From Bacteroidales bacterium (lineage in GTDB: Bacteria; Bacteroidota; Bacteroidia; Bacteroidales; VadinHA17): 49,904 nt of DNA. Position 1 is the first letter of the stretch; each line of letters begins with the position of its first letter. The position numbers and the translations under genes were made by a program. Shown in pieces: positions 1-8,716 of this stretch. Location: assembly GCA_038245405.1 (NCBI GenBank), contig JBBRSO010000006.1:1-49904 (forward strand). The letters are read 5' to 3'. The notes beneath the pieces were generated by a model, which saw only the letters and a list, made by a program, of their open reading frames with translations, searched no databases and was not told the origin of the DNA.

Positions 1-455
1 AGTGATTTGTATCTTGGTTTAAGCTGATTCACAACATCCTTAAGAGCCGCAACCTTCTGATGATTGATAAGAGATTCTTCGGGATCAGGGAGATCGGACT
101 GAATATTCACAGTTACTGTTTCGAGATTATCCTGAAGGTGATCGAATGGTATTGGCGAGAGCTGCTTTTTTCTTATAAAATCCACACAGTTGTTAGTGGC
201 TATTTTAAAAAGCCAGGTGCTAAAGGCAAACTTCGGAGTATATGATTCAAGATTTCTGAAAGCTTTGCCAAATGCTTCAATAGTGAGATCTTCGGCATCA
301 GAAGCGTTGTTAACCATCTTAAGAAGCATATAGTATATTGAATCTCTGTATCGATCCATAAGACTGGCAAATGCTTTTTCAATTCCCTGTTTTGCCTGCT
401 CAACAAGCACAAGATCGCCTTTGGCTTTTTCTGATAATTCGTGAACTATTTCCAT
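1..455 (-). CDS. ECF-type RNA polymerase sigma-70 factor (runs off the left window edge)
   Basis: Not in the ORF track. Manual translation from ATG at 455 gives MEIVHELSEKAKGDLVLVEQAKQGIEKAFASLMDRYRDSIYYMLLKMVNNASDAEDLTIEAFGKAFRNLESYTPKFAFSTWLFKIATNNCVDFIRKK..., with ECF region 2 motifs DAEDL and FSTWLFKIATN. Overlaps the upstream GT2 gene by 10 bp (446-455). Confidence 0.92.
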   Translation of the reverse strand, partial: MEIVHELSEKAKGDLVLVEQAKQGIEKAFASLMDRYRDSIYYMLLKMVNNASDAEDLTIEAFGKAFRNLESYTPKFAFSTWLFKIATNNCVDFIRKKQLSPIPFDHLQDNLETVTVNIQSDLPDPEESLINHQKVAALKDVVNQLKPRYKS

Positions 456-1576
456 TTATTTTTACCGGATAACTTCCGGTTATTGCTTATGTAAACTATG
501 CCATTGAACAAAGGTGAAAAGATATCAAAAATAAGTAAATATGGTAGTAATCCCGATTCATTCAACTTTTTCTGTGTCAAAGTAAAAACTATTATCTGAC
601 TTAAGAGTCGTAATACAAAAATCGCAAGAACCCATTGCCAATTAAAGAGGAATGACAACAGAACAATCATTGTTGAATAGAAAAGTACCCTGGTAAATGG
701 CTCAGTGAAAAGCAGGAATTTATCCCGGGACTTATAAAAAGGAGCTGTTGTAAGATGTCTTCTTTTTTGAGTTAACCAGTCATTAATTGAATGATAAGGT
801 ACTGATCTGGTGTGAGCCTCCTGCCGGAATTCCGCCACTGTATTGTCACCTTTAGCTATTGCATTCACAAGTAAATCATCATCACCCGAAACTACGTGAT
901 TATGTGATCCGAATCCTTTATTGTTGAAAAAAACAGAACGGCGATATGCAAGATTGCGTCCAACACCCATATAGGGAACACCCCTTATTGCCATTCCAAG
1001 ATACTGCATTGCAATGGTTGTGCAATCATACCTTATATATTTGTTTAGTAATCCGGGCTCCCTAAAATATCCACCATATCCAAGTACAAAGTATATATGC
1101 TCATCAAAATGTGAAACCATTTTTTCAAGCCATTTGTCCGACTCGGGTTTACAATCAGCATCGGTAAAAAGTAGAATTTCGTTTTTAGCGGCTTTTATAC
1201 CGATGAACTGTGCGAATTTCTTGTTGTGAGAAAACTTCGGGTCTTTGTTTACTGTTGAGATCCTAAGATTAGGATATTTTTCCAAAAAACCAGCAAGGAT
1301 ATCATAGGAATTGTCTTCTGAGCAATCATTAACTACTATTACTTCAAAGTCGGGATAGTCCTGACCTAATACAGAAGGCAGGAATTCCGCCAGGTTTTCA
1401 GCTTCATTTCTGGCGCATATGATTACCGATACAGGCGGCTTTTTACCGTTCCCTTCTTCCGTTTTCTTCAGGTAAACCGCCAGATAGAAGAACAGATAAT
1501 AGAAAAGTTGCACGGCTGCGCTGGCAGAAAAAATACAGAAGACAACTAATAATAAAATAGATTTATTTTCGATCAT
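446..1576 (-). CDS. Family 2 glycosyltransferase (PgaC/IcaA-like, membrane-bound)
   Basis: VSVIICARNE, VVNDCSED, FTDADC (DxD), GDDDL and QKRRH motifs; N- and C-terminal hydrophobic helices. Confidence 0.88.
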   Translation of the reverse strand: MIENKSILLLVVFCIFSASAAVQLFYYLFFYLAVYLKKTEEGNGKKPPVSVIICARNEAENLAEFLPSVLGQDYPDFEVIVVNDCSEDNSYDILAGFLEKYPNLRISTVNKDPKFSHNKKFAQFIGIKAAKNEILLFTDADCKPESDKWLEKMVSHFDEHIYFVLGYGGYFREPGLLNKYIRYDCTTIAMQYLGMAIRGVPYMGVGRNLAYRRSVFFNNKGFGSHNHVVSGDDDLLVNAIAKGDNTVAEFRQEAHTRSVPYHSINDWLTQKRRHLTTAPFYKSRDKFLLFTEPFTRVLFYSTMIVLLSFLFNWQWVLAIFVLRLLSQIIVFTLTQKKLNESGLLPYLLIFDIFSPLFNGIVYISNNRKLSGKNKWK

Positions 1577-1742
1577 CTATACCTCAAATAAGTCAGCAAT
1601 ATTAGTAAGATTAACGGAAAGGCAAAAAATTTATTACAACAATAATAGTTATTTATAACTTAGAAACGATCATTCATGACTTATCTGAATATTCTGTTTT
1701 CAAAATTCATACCTTATAATTTCATAACCCGAGTGGAAAATT

Positions 1743-1750
1743 TACCTTTG
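1743..1750 (+). promoter_or_regulatory. Bacteroidota primary-sigma -7 element upstream of tgt
   Basis: TACCTTTG matches TAnnTTTG and ends 26 nt before the ATG at 1777. Confidence 0.6.
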
Positions 1751-1776
1751 TGCTTCGAAAAACGAGTAAGGTTAAT

Positions 1777-2904
1777 ATGTTTACAATTGAGAGCAGGGAT
1801 CCTGAATCCAAAGCGCGGGCAGGCATTCTGAAAACACCACATGGAGATATCCCTACTCCTATATTTATGCCGGTTGGAACGGCAGGTACCGTGAAAGGTA
1901 TTCTGCAGCGTGATCTGACAGATGATATGAATGCAAAAATAATTCTTGGGAATACTTATCATCTTTATCTGAGGCCAGGCATTGATATTCTGAAAAAGGC
2001 CGGAGGCTTGCATAAATTTATGTCGTGGAGGCGACCATTGCTCACCGACAGCGGAGGATACCAGGTATTTTCATTAACAGGTAACAGAAAGCTTACCGAT
2101 GAGGGTGCAATTTTTAAGTCACATATTGACGGATCACGTCATATCTTTACCCCTGAAAATACAATCGACATACAACGAATTATCGGTGCTGATATAATGA
2201 TGGCGTTTGATGAGTGTGCTCCCTGGCCATGTGATTACGCATATGTAAAAAAATCTGTTGCCCTTACTCATCACTGGCTCGACAGAGCGATTATCAGATA
2301 TAAAGAAACTGACCCATTATGGGGTGCTGAACAGTTGCTCTTTCCGATCGTTCAGGGTGGTACTTTCGACGATCTGAGAAAAGAGTCGGCAGAAAAAACT
2401 GCTCTTGCCGGTCTGGAAGGAAACGCGATAGGAGGGTTGTCGGTAGGAGAACCTGCAGAGGAGATGTACCGTATCATAGAGATTGTAAATGAGATACTTC
2501 CTGATGACAAACCCCGTTATCTAATGGGAGTTGGAACACCGGTAAACCTTCTTGAGGCAATTGACAGGGGAATTGACATGTTCGATTGTGTTATGCCTAC
2601 GCGTAATGGAAGAAACGGCATGTTGTTTACCTCTGAAGGAACCCTTAATATGAGGAATAAAAAATGGGCAGACGACTTCAGCCCGATAGATTCCGAAGGT
2701 CCTTCGGCAGTAAGTACTATGTATTCAAAAGCATATCTCCGGCACCTTATTATTTCAGGAGAAAATCTTGGCGCCCAGATAGCAAGCATACATAATCTGG
2801 GTTTTTATCTTAAACTTGTGGAAGAAGCCAGAGAAAGAATTAAAGAAGGCAATTTTAAAAAATGGAAAAACTCAATGATAAAAAAACTTTCAGAGCGATT
2901 ATAG
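1777..2904 (+). CDS. tgt: tRNA-guanine(34) transglycosylase
   Basis: TPIFMPVGT, LGNTYHL, TDSGGYQVFSL and DMFDCVMPTRNGRNG motifs. ATG at 1777 preferred over the track start at 1750. Confidence 0.97.
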   Translation: MFTIESRDPESKARAGILKTPHGDIPTPIFMPVGTAGTVKGILQRDLTDDMNAKIILGNTYHLYLRPGIDILKKAGGLHKFMSWRRPLLTDSGGYQVFSLTGNRKLTDEGAIFKSHIDGSRHIFTPENTIDIQRIIGADIMMAFDECAPWPCDYAYVKKSVALTHHWLDRAIIRYKETDPLWGAEQLLFPIVQGGTFDDLRKESAEKTALAGLEGNAIGGLSVGEPAEEMYRIIEIVNEILPDDKPRYLMGVGTPVNLLEAIDRGIDMFDCVMPTRNGRNGMLFTSEGTLNMRNKKWADDFSPIDSEGPSAVSTMYSKAYLRHLIISGENLGAQIASIHNLGFYLKLVEEARERIKEGNFKKWKNSMIKKLSERL

Positions 2905-3998
2905 ATTCTCTGAAGTTTAAGCTTATCGATGCTTACATTATTAAGAAGTTCCTTGGCACCTTCTTCTTTTGTCTTGTGTTGATACTTACCATTGCGGTAG
3001 TATTTGATTTTGCTGAAAAAATCGACAATTTCATGGAGCACAAGGCCCCTTTCAAATTAATTATCATTGAGTATTACCTGAATTTCATTCCATATTTTGC
3101 GATGCTTTTTGCGCCTCTTTTTGTGTTTATTGCCGTTATATTCTTTACATCAAAAATGGCAATAAGCACTGAGATAATAGCTATTCTTAACAGCGGAATG
3201 AGTTTCAGGAGGATGTTATGGCCATACTTTCTTTCAGCTTTCATAATTGCATCAATGACATTCATGCTTACAAATTTTGTAATACCAAAATCGAACCGCA
3301 TCAGGATGGAGTTCGAGGAAAAATATTATAAACCATCCACAAGGAGAGTAACGCTGGAAAACATACACAGGATGGAGTTTAAGAATGAATATGTTTATAT
3401 GGGAACATTCAATCCTCTTAGCATGAGAGGTCAGAATTTTACGATTGAAAAGTTCAGCGACAGCGGTACCCTGGAATCTAAGTTTTCAGCAACATCTGTG
3501 GTGTATGACACGACAATCCATAAATGGACTGCCCTGAATTATTATATCAGGACCATAACTGATGACCATGAAGTTATAACCCGCGGAAAACAGATCGATA
3601 CCGCGCTGAATATAAAACCGATGGATTTCTCGCGCGATCCGAGCTTTGTCGGAACAATGACATCGTTAGAGCTTGAAAATTATATTAAGTTATTACGTTT
3701 GCAGGGTTCAGATGAACTTAAGCTCTTTCTCATTGAAAAATACAGAAGGTTTGCAAATCCATTTGCTGTTTTTATACTTACTCTTATCGGGGTAACCCTC
3801 TCCTCGAGGAAGGTCAGAGGAGGGTTGGGAATGAATATAGGGATAGGTCTCATGCTAAGCTTCTCCTATATCCTGTTTCTTCAGTTTGCTTCACAATTCT
3901 CCCTCAAAGGCAGTCTTGGGCCGATGCTCGCCATGTGGATCCCGAATATTATTTACTCGGTAATAGGTTTAGTGTTATATAAAATGGCTCCTAAATAG
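2862..3998 (+). CDS. LptF/LptG (YjgP/YjgQ) family LPS export permease
   Basis: IDAYIIKKFL start, EIIAILNSGMSFRR, AMWIPNII end; 3+3 TM layout with a periplasmic domain. Start uncertain. Confidence 0.9.
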   Translation: MEKLNDKKTFRAIIDSLKFKLIDAYIIKKFLGTFFFCLVLILTIAVVFDFAEKIDNFMEHKAPFKLIIIEYYLNFIPYFAMLFAPLFVFIAVIFFTSKMAISTEIIAILNSGMSFRRMLWPYFLSAFIIASMTFMLTNFVIPKSNRIRMEFEEKYYKPSTRRVTLENIHRMEFKNEYVYMGTFNPLSMRGQNFTIEKFSDSGTLESKFSATSVVYDTTIHKWTALNYYIRTITDDHEVITRGKQIDTALNIKPMDFSRDPSFVGTMTSLELENYIKLLRLQGSDELKLFLIEKYRRFANPFAVFILTLIGVTLSSRKVRGGLGMNIGIGLMLSFSYILFLQFASQFSLKGSLGPMLAMWIPNIIYSVIGLVLYKMAPK

Positions 3999-4078
3999 AA
4001 TAGAAATCGTACAATTTCCTTAAAATTGTACCCGCAATATAAAATAAGGTTAGTAGTGAATAATTAATAACGATTCAT

Positions 4079-5623
4079 ATGCCAGTTAGTAAAAAAATAA
4101 AGGAATTACAGGAAAAGCGTGAAAAAATCCTGCTTGGAGGAGGAGAACAAGCTATAGAAAAGCAGAAAGCCATGGGGAAACGCACTGCTCGTGAGCGTAT
4201 TATGGCACTTCTTGACGAAAATTCCTTTAATGAGTATGACTTATTCGTTGAACATGATGCACGCGATTTCGACATGGATAAGAAGTCACTGCCAAGCGAT
4301 GGAGTGATTATTGGTTCAGGAACAATTTACGGCGCTCCTGTTGCAATTTTTGCTCAGGATTTTACCGTTGCCGGCGGATCACTGGGGTTAATGCATTCCA
4401 GAAAAATCACAAAAATCATGGACCATGCCCTGAAAATGAGAATGCCTCTCATTGGTATCAACGATTCAGGTGGCGCCAGGATTCAGGAAGGCGTGAATTC
4501 CCTGGCCGGGTATGGTGAGATTTTCTTCCGGAATACAATCTCCAGTGGTGTGATTCCACAGATCTCAGTTATCCTTGGTCCATGTGCCGGTGGTGCAGTC
4601 TATTCTCCAGCTCTTACCGACTTCGTTTTTGTAGTCGATAATATTTCGAAGATGTTTATTACCGGACCAGAGGTTATTAAAACAGTTCTCGGCGAGGAAA
4701 TCTCAATGGAAGATCTGGGCGGGGCAAGGGTTCACAGTGAAGTAACAGGTAATGCACATTTCTTTGCCCTAAGCGAGGACGAGTGTTTTGATCAGATCAA
4801 AAAGCTTATCACTTTCATACCCTGGAACAATACACAAAAAGCCAGGATGTTCGAATCAGGCGAACCAAAACCGGAATATAATATTAATAAGATAGTACCC
4901 GAAGATCCTACACTTCCTTATGATGTTAAAGATGTCATCAGGGCTGTAGTTGACAACTCCGATTTTTTTGAGATAATGGAGCTTTATGCCAAAAACATAG
5001 TGATCGGCTTCGGAAGAATGGGTGGACGAACAGTCGGATTTGTAGCAAATCAACCACTTGAGATGGCCGGTGTTCTTGATGTTGATTCCTCCGATAAAGC
5101 TGCAAGGTTCATTCGCTACTGCGATGCTTTTGATATTCCTATCATTACACTAGTTGACCTTCCGGGGTATCTGCCTGGAGTTGATCAGGAACATGCTGGT
5201 GTTATCAGACATGGTGCAAAAGTGCTGTATGCATACAGCGAAGCTACCGTACCCAAACTAACTGTAATACTGAGGAAAGCTTATGGCGGCGGATATATAG
5301 CCATGAGCTCAAGGCATCTGCGCGCTGATTTTGTTTTTGCATGGCCTTCAGCTGAGATAGCCGTAATGGGTCCCGAAGGCGCTGCAAATATAATCTTCAG
5401 AAAAGAAATTATGACCGCCCCCGATCCCGACGCAATGAGAAAACAAAAAGTTGAGGAATATAAAGCCAAGTTTGCCAATCCGTATGTCGCAGCTTCACGT
5501 GGATATGTTGATGCTGTTATTGAACCATCGGAAACAAGAAAATTTTTGATGCACTCAATTGAAGTGTCACAAAACAAAGATGTTCCCAGGCCATACAAAA
5601 AACACGGATTGCCACCATTTTAG
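4079..5623 (+). CDS. Acyl-CoA carboxyltransferase (PccB / methylmalonyl-CoA decarboxylase alpha-like)
   Basis: QDFTVAGGSLG, DSGGARIQEG, GPCAGGAVYSPALTDF, RKAYGGGY and KKHGLPPF motifs. Confidence 0.93.
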   Translation: MPVSKKIKELQEKREKILLGGGEQAIEKQKAMGKRTARERIMALLDENSFNEYDLFVEHDARDFDMDKKSLPSDGVIIGSGTIYGAPVAIFAQDFTVAGGSLGLMHSRKITKIMDHALKMRMPLIGINDSGGARIQEGVNSLAGYGEIFFRNTISSGVIPQISVILGPCAGGAVYSPALTDFVFVVDNISKMFITGPEVIKTVLGEEISMEDLGGARVHSEVTGNAHFFALSEDECFDQIKKLITFIPWNNTQKARMFESGEPKPEYNINKIVPEDPTLPYDVKDVIRAVVDNSDFFEIMELYAKNIVIGFGRMGGRTVGFVANQPLEMAGVLDVDSSDKAARFIRYCDAFDIPIITLVDLPGYLPGVDQEHAGVIRHGAKVLYAYSEATVPKLTVILRKAYGGGYIAMSSRHLRADFVFAWPSAEIAVMGPEGAANIIFRKEIMTAPDPDAMRKQKVEEYKAKFANPYVAASRGYVDAVIEPSETRKFLMHSIEVSQNKDVPRPYKKHGLPPF

Positions 5624-5647
5624 TCTAAATTCTCAAAAAGAAATTAT

Positions 5648-5965
5648 ATGGAGAAAAATGATAAGCTTGGATTCCTAAATATTGATACCAGTATGTATCA
5701 GACAAGGATCAGCAAAAAATTTAAGAACAGGAAGCCTTATAAAATACCCGATCCCAGGATAATTCTGAGCTTTATCCCCGGAACTGTACTGGATATTTTT
5801 ACAGAACCCGGACAGACAGTAACAAAAGGTCAGGATCTCATGATCCTTGATGCAATGAAGATGAAGAATAAGCTGAAATGCATTATGGATGGGAAAGTGA
5901 AATCAATTGCTGTAAAAAAAGGTGATAAGGTTTCAAAGGGAACTGTGTTGATGGAACTGGAATAA
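5648..5965 (+). CDS. Biotin carboxyl carrier protein (biotinyl domain)
   Basis: IPGTVLDI...GQDLMILDAMKMKN...GDKVSKGTVL; MKM biotinylation motif. Confidence 0.88.
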   Translation: MEKNDKLGFLNIDTSMYQTRISKKFKNRKPYKIPDPRIILSFIPGTVLDIFTEPGQTVTKGQDLMILDAMKMKNKLKCIMDGKVKSIAVKKGDKVSKGTVLMELE

Positions 5966-5968
5966 CTG

Positions 5969-6784
5969 TTACATCCAGCCTTCCCAGATCACATATTTTC
6001 TCAGACTCTCCGGTAATTGGGGTTTCTTCGAAAATATCCCGTAAACACTTGATCCACTGCCCGACATGAGACTGAATATGGCACCTGAATTATATAATTC
6101 TGTCTTTATCTCACCTATTACAGGATGTATTTTAAAGGCATAATCTTCAAAATCATTTACTATACAATTCTTCCATTCATAAACAGGATGTAAGTATAGT
6201 GAGTCAAGATTCTGATCAGGCATGGAAGGCCGGCAGTTTCTGTATGCTTCGGCTGTATTTATTCCAACACCCGGATTAAGAAGAACCAGATATAAACCCT
6301 CCTGCACCGGCGCAAGATGTGTTATTAATTCGCCTCTTCCCGTGGCAAATGAAGGTTTGCCATCGATAAAGAACGGACAATCACTCCCCAGCTCCAGTGC
6401 CAAAGTATTCAGTTCGCTTCTGTCAATATTCAGGCTGTAATGTTTGTTAACAGCTTTCAGCATACATGCGGCATCAGATGAGCCACCTCCTAAGCCGGCG
6501 CCGATCGGTATCGCCTTGTGTAGATGAACCTTGAGAAATGGAAAATCATAGCTTTTCCTCAACTTCGTGATAGCTTTCATTATCAGATTATTGCCGGGAT
6601 CGCCAGCGACGCTTATTCCTGAAACTGTTAGTGTATCTTTATTCGATCCTGTGTTTACAATAAACTCAAGAGCATCTCTTAATCTGATTGGATAAAAGAC
6701 TGTTTCAATATTATGAAAACAGTCATCCCTTTTTCCCGTAATCCGTAGACCAATATTTATTTTTGAAATGGGGAAAACAATCAT
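5969..6784 (-). CDS. ispE: 4-diphosphocytidyl-2-C-methyl-D-erythritol kinase
   Basis: KINIGL, PIGAGLGGGSSDAA (GHMP), LGSDCPFF and MSGSGSSVY motifs. Confidence 0.96.
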   Translation of the reverse strand: MIVFPISKINIGLRITGKRDDCFHNIETVFYPIRLRDALEFIVNTGSNKDTLTVSGISVAGDPGNNLIMKAITKLRKSYDFPFLKVHLHKAIPIGAGLGGGSSDAACMLKAVNKHYSLNIDRSELNTLALELGSDCPFFIDGKPSFATGRGELITHLAPVQEGLYLVLLNPGVGINTAEAYRNCRPSMPDQNLDSLYLHPVYEWKNCIVNDFEDYAFKIHPVIGEIKTELYNSGAIFSLMSGSGSSVYGIFSKKPQLPESLRKYVIWEGWM

Positions 6785-6849
6785 AGCTAAGTGAATAAAT
6801 TGAGCTAAAGTTTTGAGTGACTAAAGTTATAACTTCAACACTGACAAAG

Positions 6850-6857
6850 CAAAAGTA
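6850..6857 (-). promoter_or_regulatory. -7 promoter element for ispE
   Basis: CAAAAGTA on + reads TACTTTTG on - (TAnnTTTG). Confidence 0.5.
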
Positions 6858-6973
6858 CCAATCAGTTTTGATTTATTGCAAATCATGCTTCTAATAGCTT
6901 TTCAACAAGTTTTTAACAATTCGTGTTTGTAACAATAGTCGGCTTTTATCAGGTTACAAGGCTGGTATATTCA

Positions 6974-6981
6974 TACATTTG
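6974..6981 (+). promoter_or_regulatory. -7 promoter element for dnaB
   Basis: TACATTTG matches TAnnTTTG. Confidence 0.55.
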
Positions 6982-7044
6982 CCACATGCGACGAATTGAA
7001 TCAGTTGCATTCTAATTAATTATAAATCAATAAAATAGTCATTA

Positions 7045-8565
7045 ATGGCAAAACAAAGAAGCAGCCCCAGACCTACGATTACAACGTTGCCTGATTTTGG
7101 GAAAGTACCACCTCAGGCTAATGATATGGAGGAGGCTGTTCTTGGTGCAGTTATGCTCGAAAAGGAAGCAGTTATTACTATACTCGATATTCTTAAGCCT
7201 GAGAGTTTTTACAGGGAAGCTCATCAGAAAATATTTAAAGCTATATCAGATCTTTCGTCTCGTGAGTTCCCTGTCGATCTCTATACTGTTACTGAGGAGT
7301 TACGTTCTCATAATGAGCTTGATAGTGTCGGTGGACCGGTTTATCTTACTCAGCTCACGGCAAAGATAGTGTCGGCAGCAAACGTTGATTATCATGCAAG
7401 GATCGTGGCTCAGAAATATATCCAGCGTGAGCTTATCAGAGTTTCCACTGAGATACAGACCAGGTCATTTGATGACAGCTATGATGTAACTGAACTTCTC
7501 GATTATTCTGAGAACGCTCTTTTTCAGATTGCAGAAGGAAACATAAAAAGAGAAGTAGCTCCGATAAATGTTGTAATAAAAGAAGCAATCAGGGAAATAG
7601 AAGAAGCTGGTAAGAGAGAAGATGCCCTGGTAGGAACGCCTTCGGGCTTCACAAAGCTTGACAGACTTACTTCTGGCTGGCAGAAAGCTGAACTTGTGAT
7701 TATTGCAGCCCGTCCGTCAATGGGAAAGACAGCCTTTGCTTTGTCGATGGCACGAAATATGGCAATTGACCATGGTAAACATGTGGCTATATTCTCGTGT
7801 GAAATGTCATCGATCCAGCTGGTAAACAGGTTAATTATATCAGAGACTGATCTGCCGGGTGATAAGATAAAAAACGGCCGTTTGTCAGAGGAAGAGTGGA
7901 AACAGCTCGACACCAGGATAAAAAAACTGGTACAGGCTCCGATTTTTATCGATGATACTCCGGCTATATCTATTTTCGAGCTCCGTGCTAAATGCAGACG
8001 ACTTATGGCACAACATAAGCTCGATATTGTTATTGTGGATTATCTACAGCTTATGTCGGGCCCCGAGAATTCAGGAAGCAGGGAGCAGGAAGTCAGTACA
8101 ATTTCACGTTCTCTTAAAAGCATAGCTAAAGAGCTTAATGTTCCTGTACTGGCCCTCTCGCAGCTTAACCGTTCAGTTGAGATGAGAGGCGGTACAAAAA
8201 GACCGCTTCTTTCTGACCTTCGTGAATCGGGAGCGATCGAACAGGACGCCGATATGGTTGTATTCATACACAGACAGGATAAATTTGGAATTCCAACCTT
8301 TGAAGATGGTTCCTCAACAAAAGGGATCGCTGAAATCATTCTTGCGAAAAACAGAAACGGCCCTGTTGATGATGTGAGATTAAGATTCCGCGAGGAGAAA
8401 GCGCAGTTCGTTGATCTCGACGACTTTGATATGGATGACAGCACCGATATGAGTGCCTCACCCATCATTACATTAGGATCAAAGATGAACCACGATAACT
8501 TCAGAAAACTTGGTGGTGGATTCGATAAAGAAGCTGATATACATGATGAGCCTCCGTTTGCATAA
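7045..8565 (+). CDS. dnaB: Replicative DNA helicase
   Basis: AARPSMGKT Walker A, IVDYLQLM, LSQLNR, SDLRESGAIEQDAD and AKNRNGP motifs; no intein apparent. Confidence 0.98.
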   Translation: MAKQRSSPRPTITTLPDFGKVPPQANDMEEAVLGAVMLEKEAVITILDILKPESFYREAHQKIFKAISDLSSREFPVDLYTVTEELRSHNELDSVGGPVYLTQLTAKIVSAANVDYHARIVAQKYIQRELIRVSTEIQTRSFDDSYDVTELLDYSENALFQIAEGNIKREVAPINVVIKEAIREIEEAGKREDALVGTPSGFTKLDRLTSGWQKAELVIIAARPSMGKTAFALSMARNMAIDHGKHVAIFSCEMSSIQLVNRLIISETDLPGDKIKNGRLSEEEWKQLDTRIKKLVQAPIFIDDTPAISIFELRAKCRRLMAQHKLDIVIVDYLQLMSGPENSGSREQEVSTISRSLKSIAKELNVPVLALSQLNRSVEMRGGTKRPLLSDLRESGAIEQDADMVVFIHRQDKFGIPTFEDGSSTKGIAEIILAKNRNGPVDDVRLRFREEKAQFVDLDDFDMDDSTDMSASPIITLGSKMNHDNFRKLGGGFDKEADIHDEPPFA

Positions 8566-8578
8566 AAAACTTCACATA

Positions 8579-8707
8579 ACCCCCTGCCCCCTAAAGGGGG
8601 TTATGATTCTGTAATAATCTTAAGCTGTCTTGTAAATAACGGCCATAAGGCTTATCAAATTTACGAGATACAAATCTTCTTAAAGCCCCCTTTAGGGGGT
8701 TGGGGGC
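8579..8707. repeat. Inverted doublet of REP-like C-tract/hairpin repeats (copy A)
   Basis: ACCCCCTGCCCCCTAAAGGGGGT (8579-8601) and GCCCCCTTTAGGGGGTTGGGGGC (8685-8707; revcomp GCCCCCAACCCCCTAAAGGGGGC), 83-nt spacer, between convergent dnaB and DUF5686 genes. Confidence 0.9.
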
Positions 8708-8716
8708 AAAAAAGGT

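Noticed and set aside
60-412. Track ORFs 60..245 (+) and 200..412 (-)
   Set aside because: Both overlap the real ECF sigma frame (- strand from 455); shadow ORFs.
6785-6842. Degenerate CTAAAGTT repeats upstream of ispE
   Set aside because: Only two clear copies and a weak inverted partner; too little to call.
7524-8468. Long antisense ORFs inside dnaB (and similar ones in tgt, the carboxyltransferase, uvrA, lpdA and the S9 peptidase)
   Set aside because: Fully nested opposite conserved genes, with no motifs.
8579-8707. G-quadruplex role for the G5 tracts
   Set aside because: Only three G-tracts per strand, one of them about 95 nt away; hairpin pairing explains them better.
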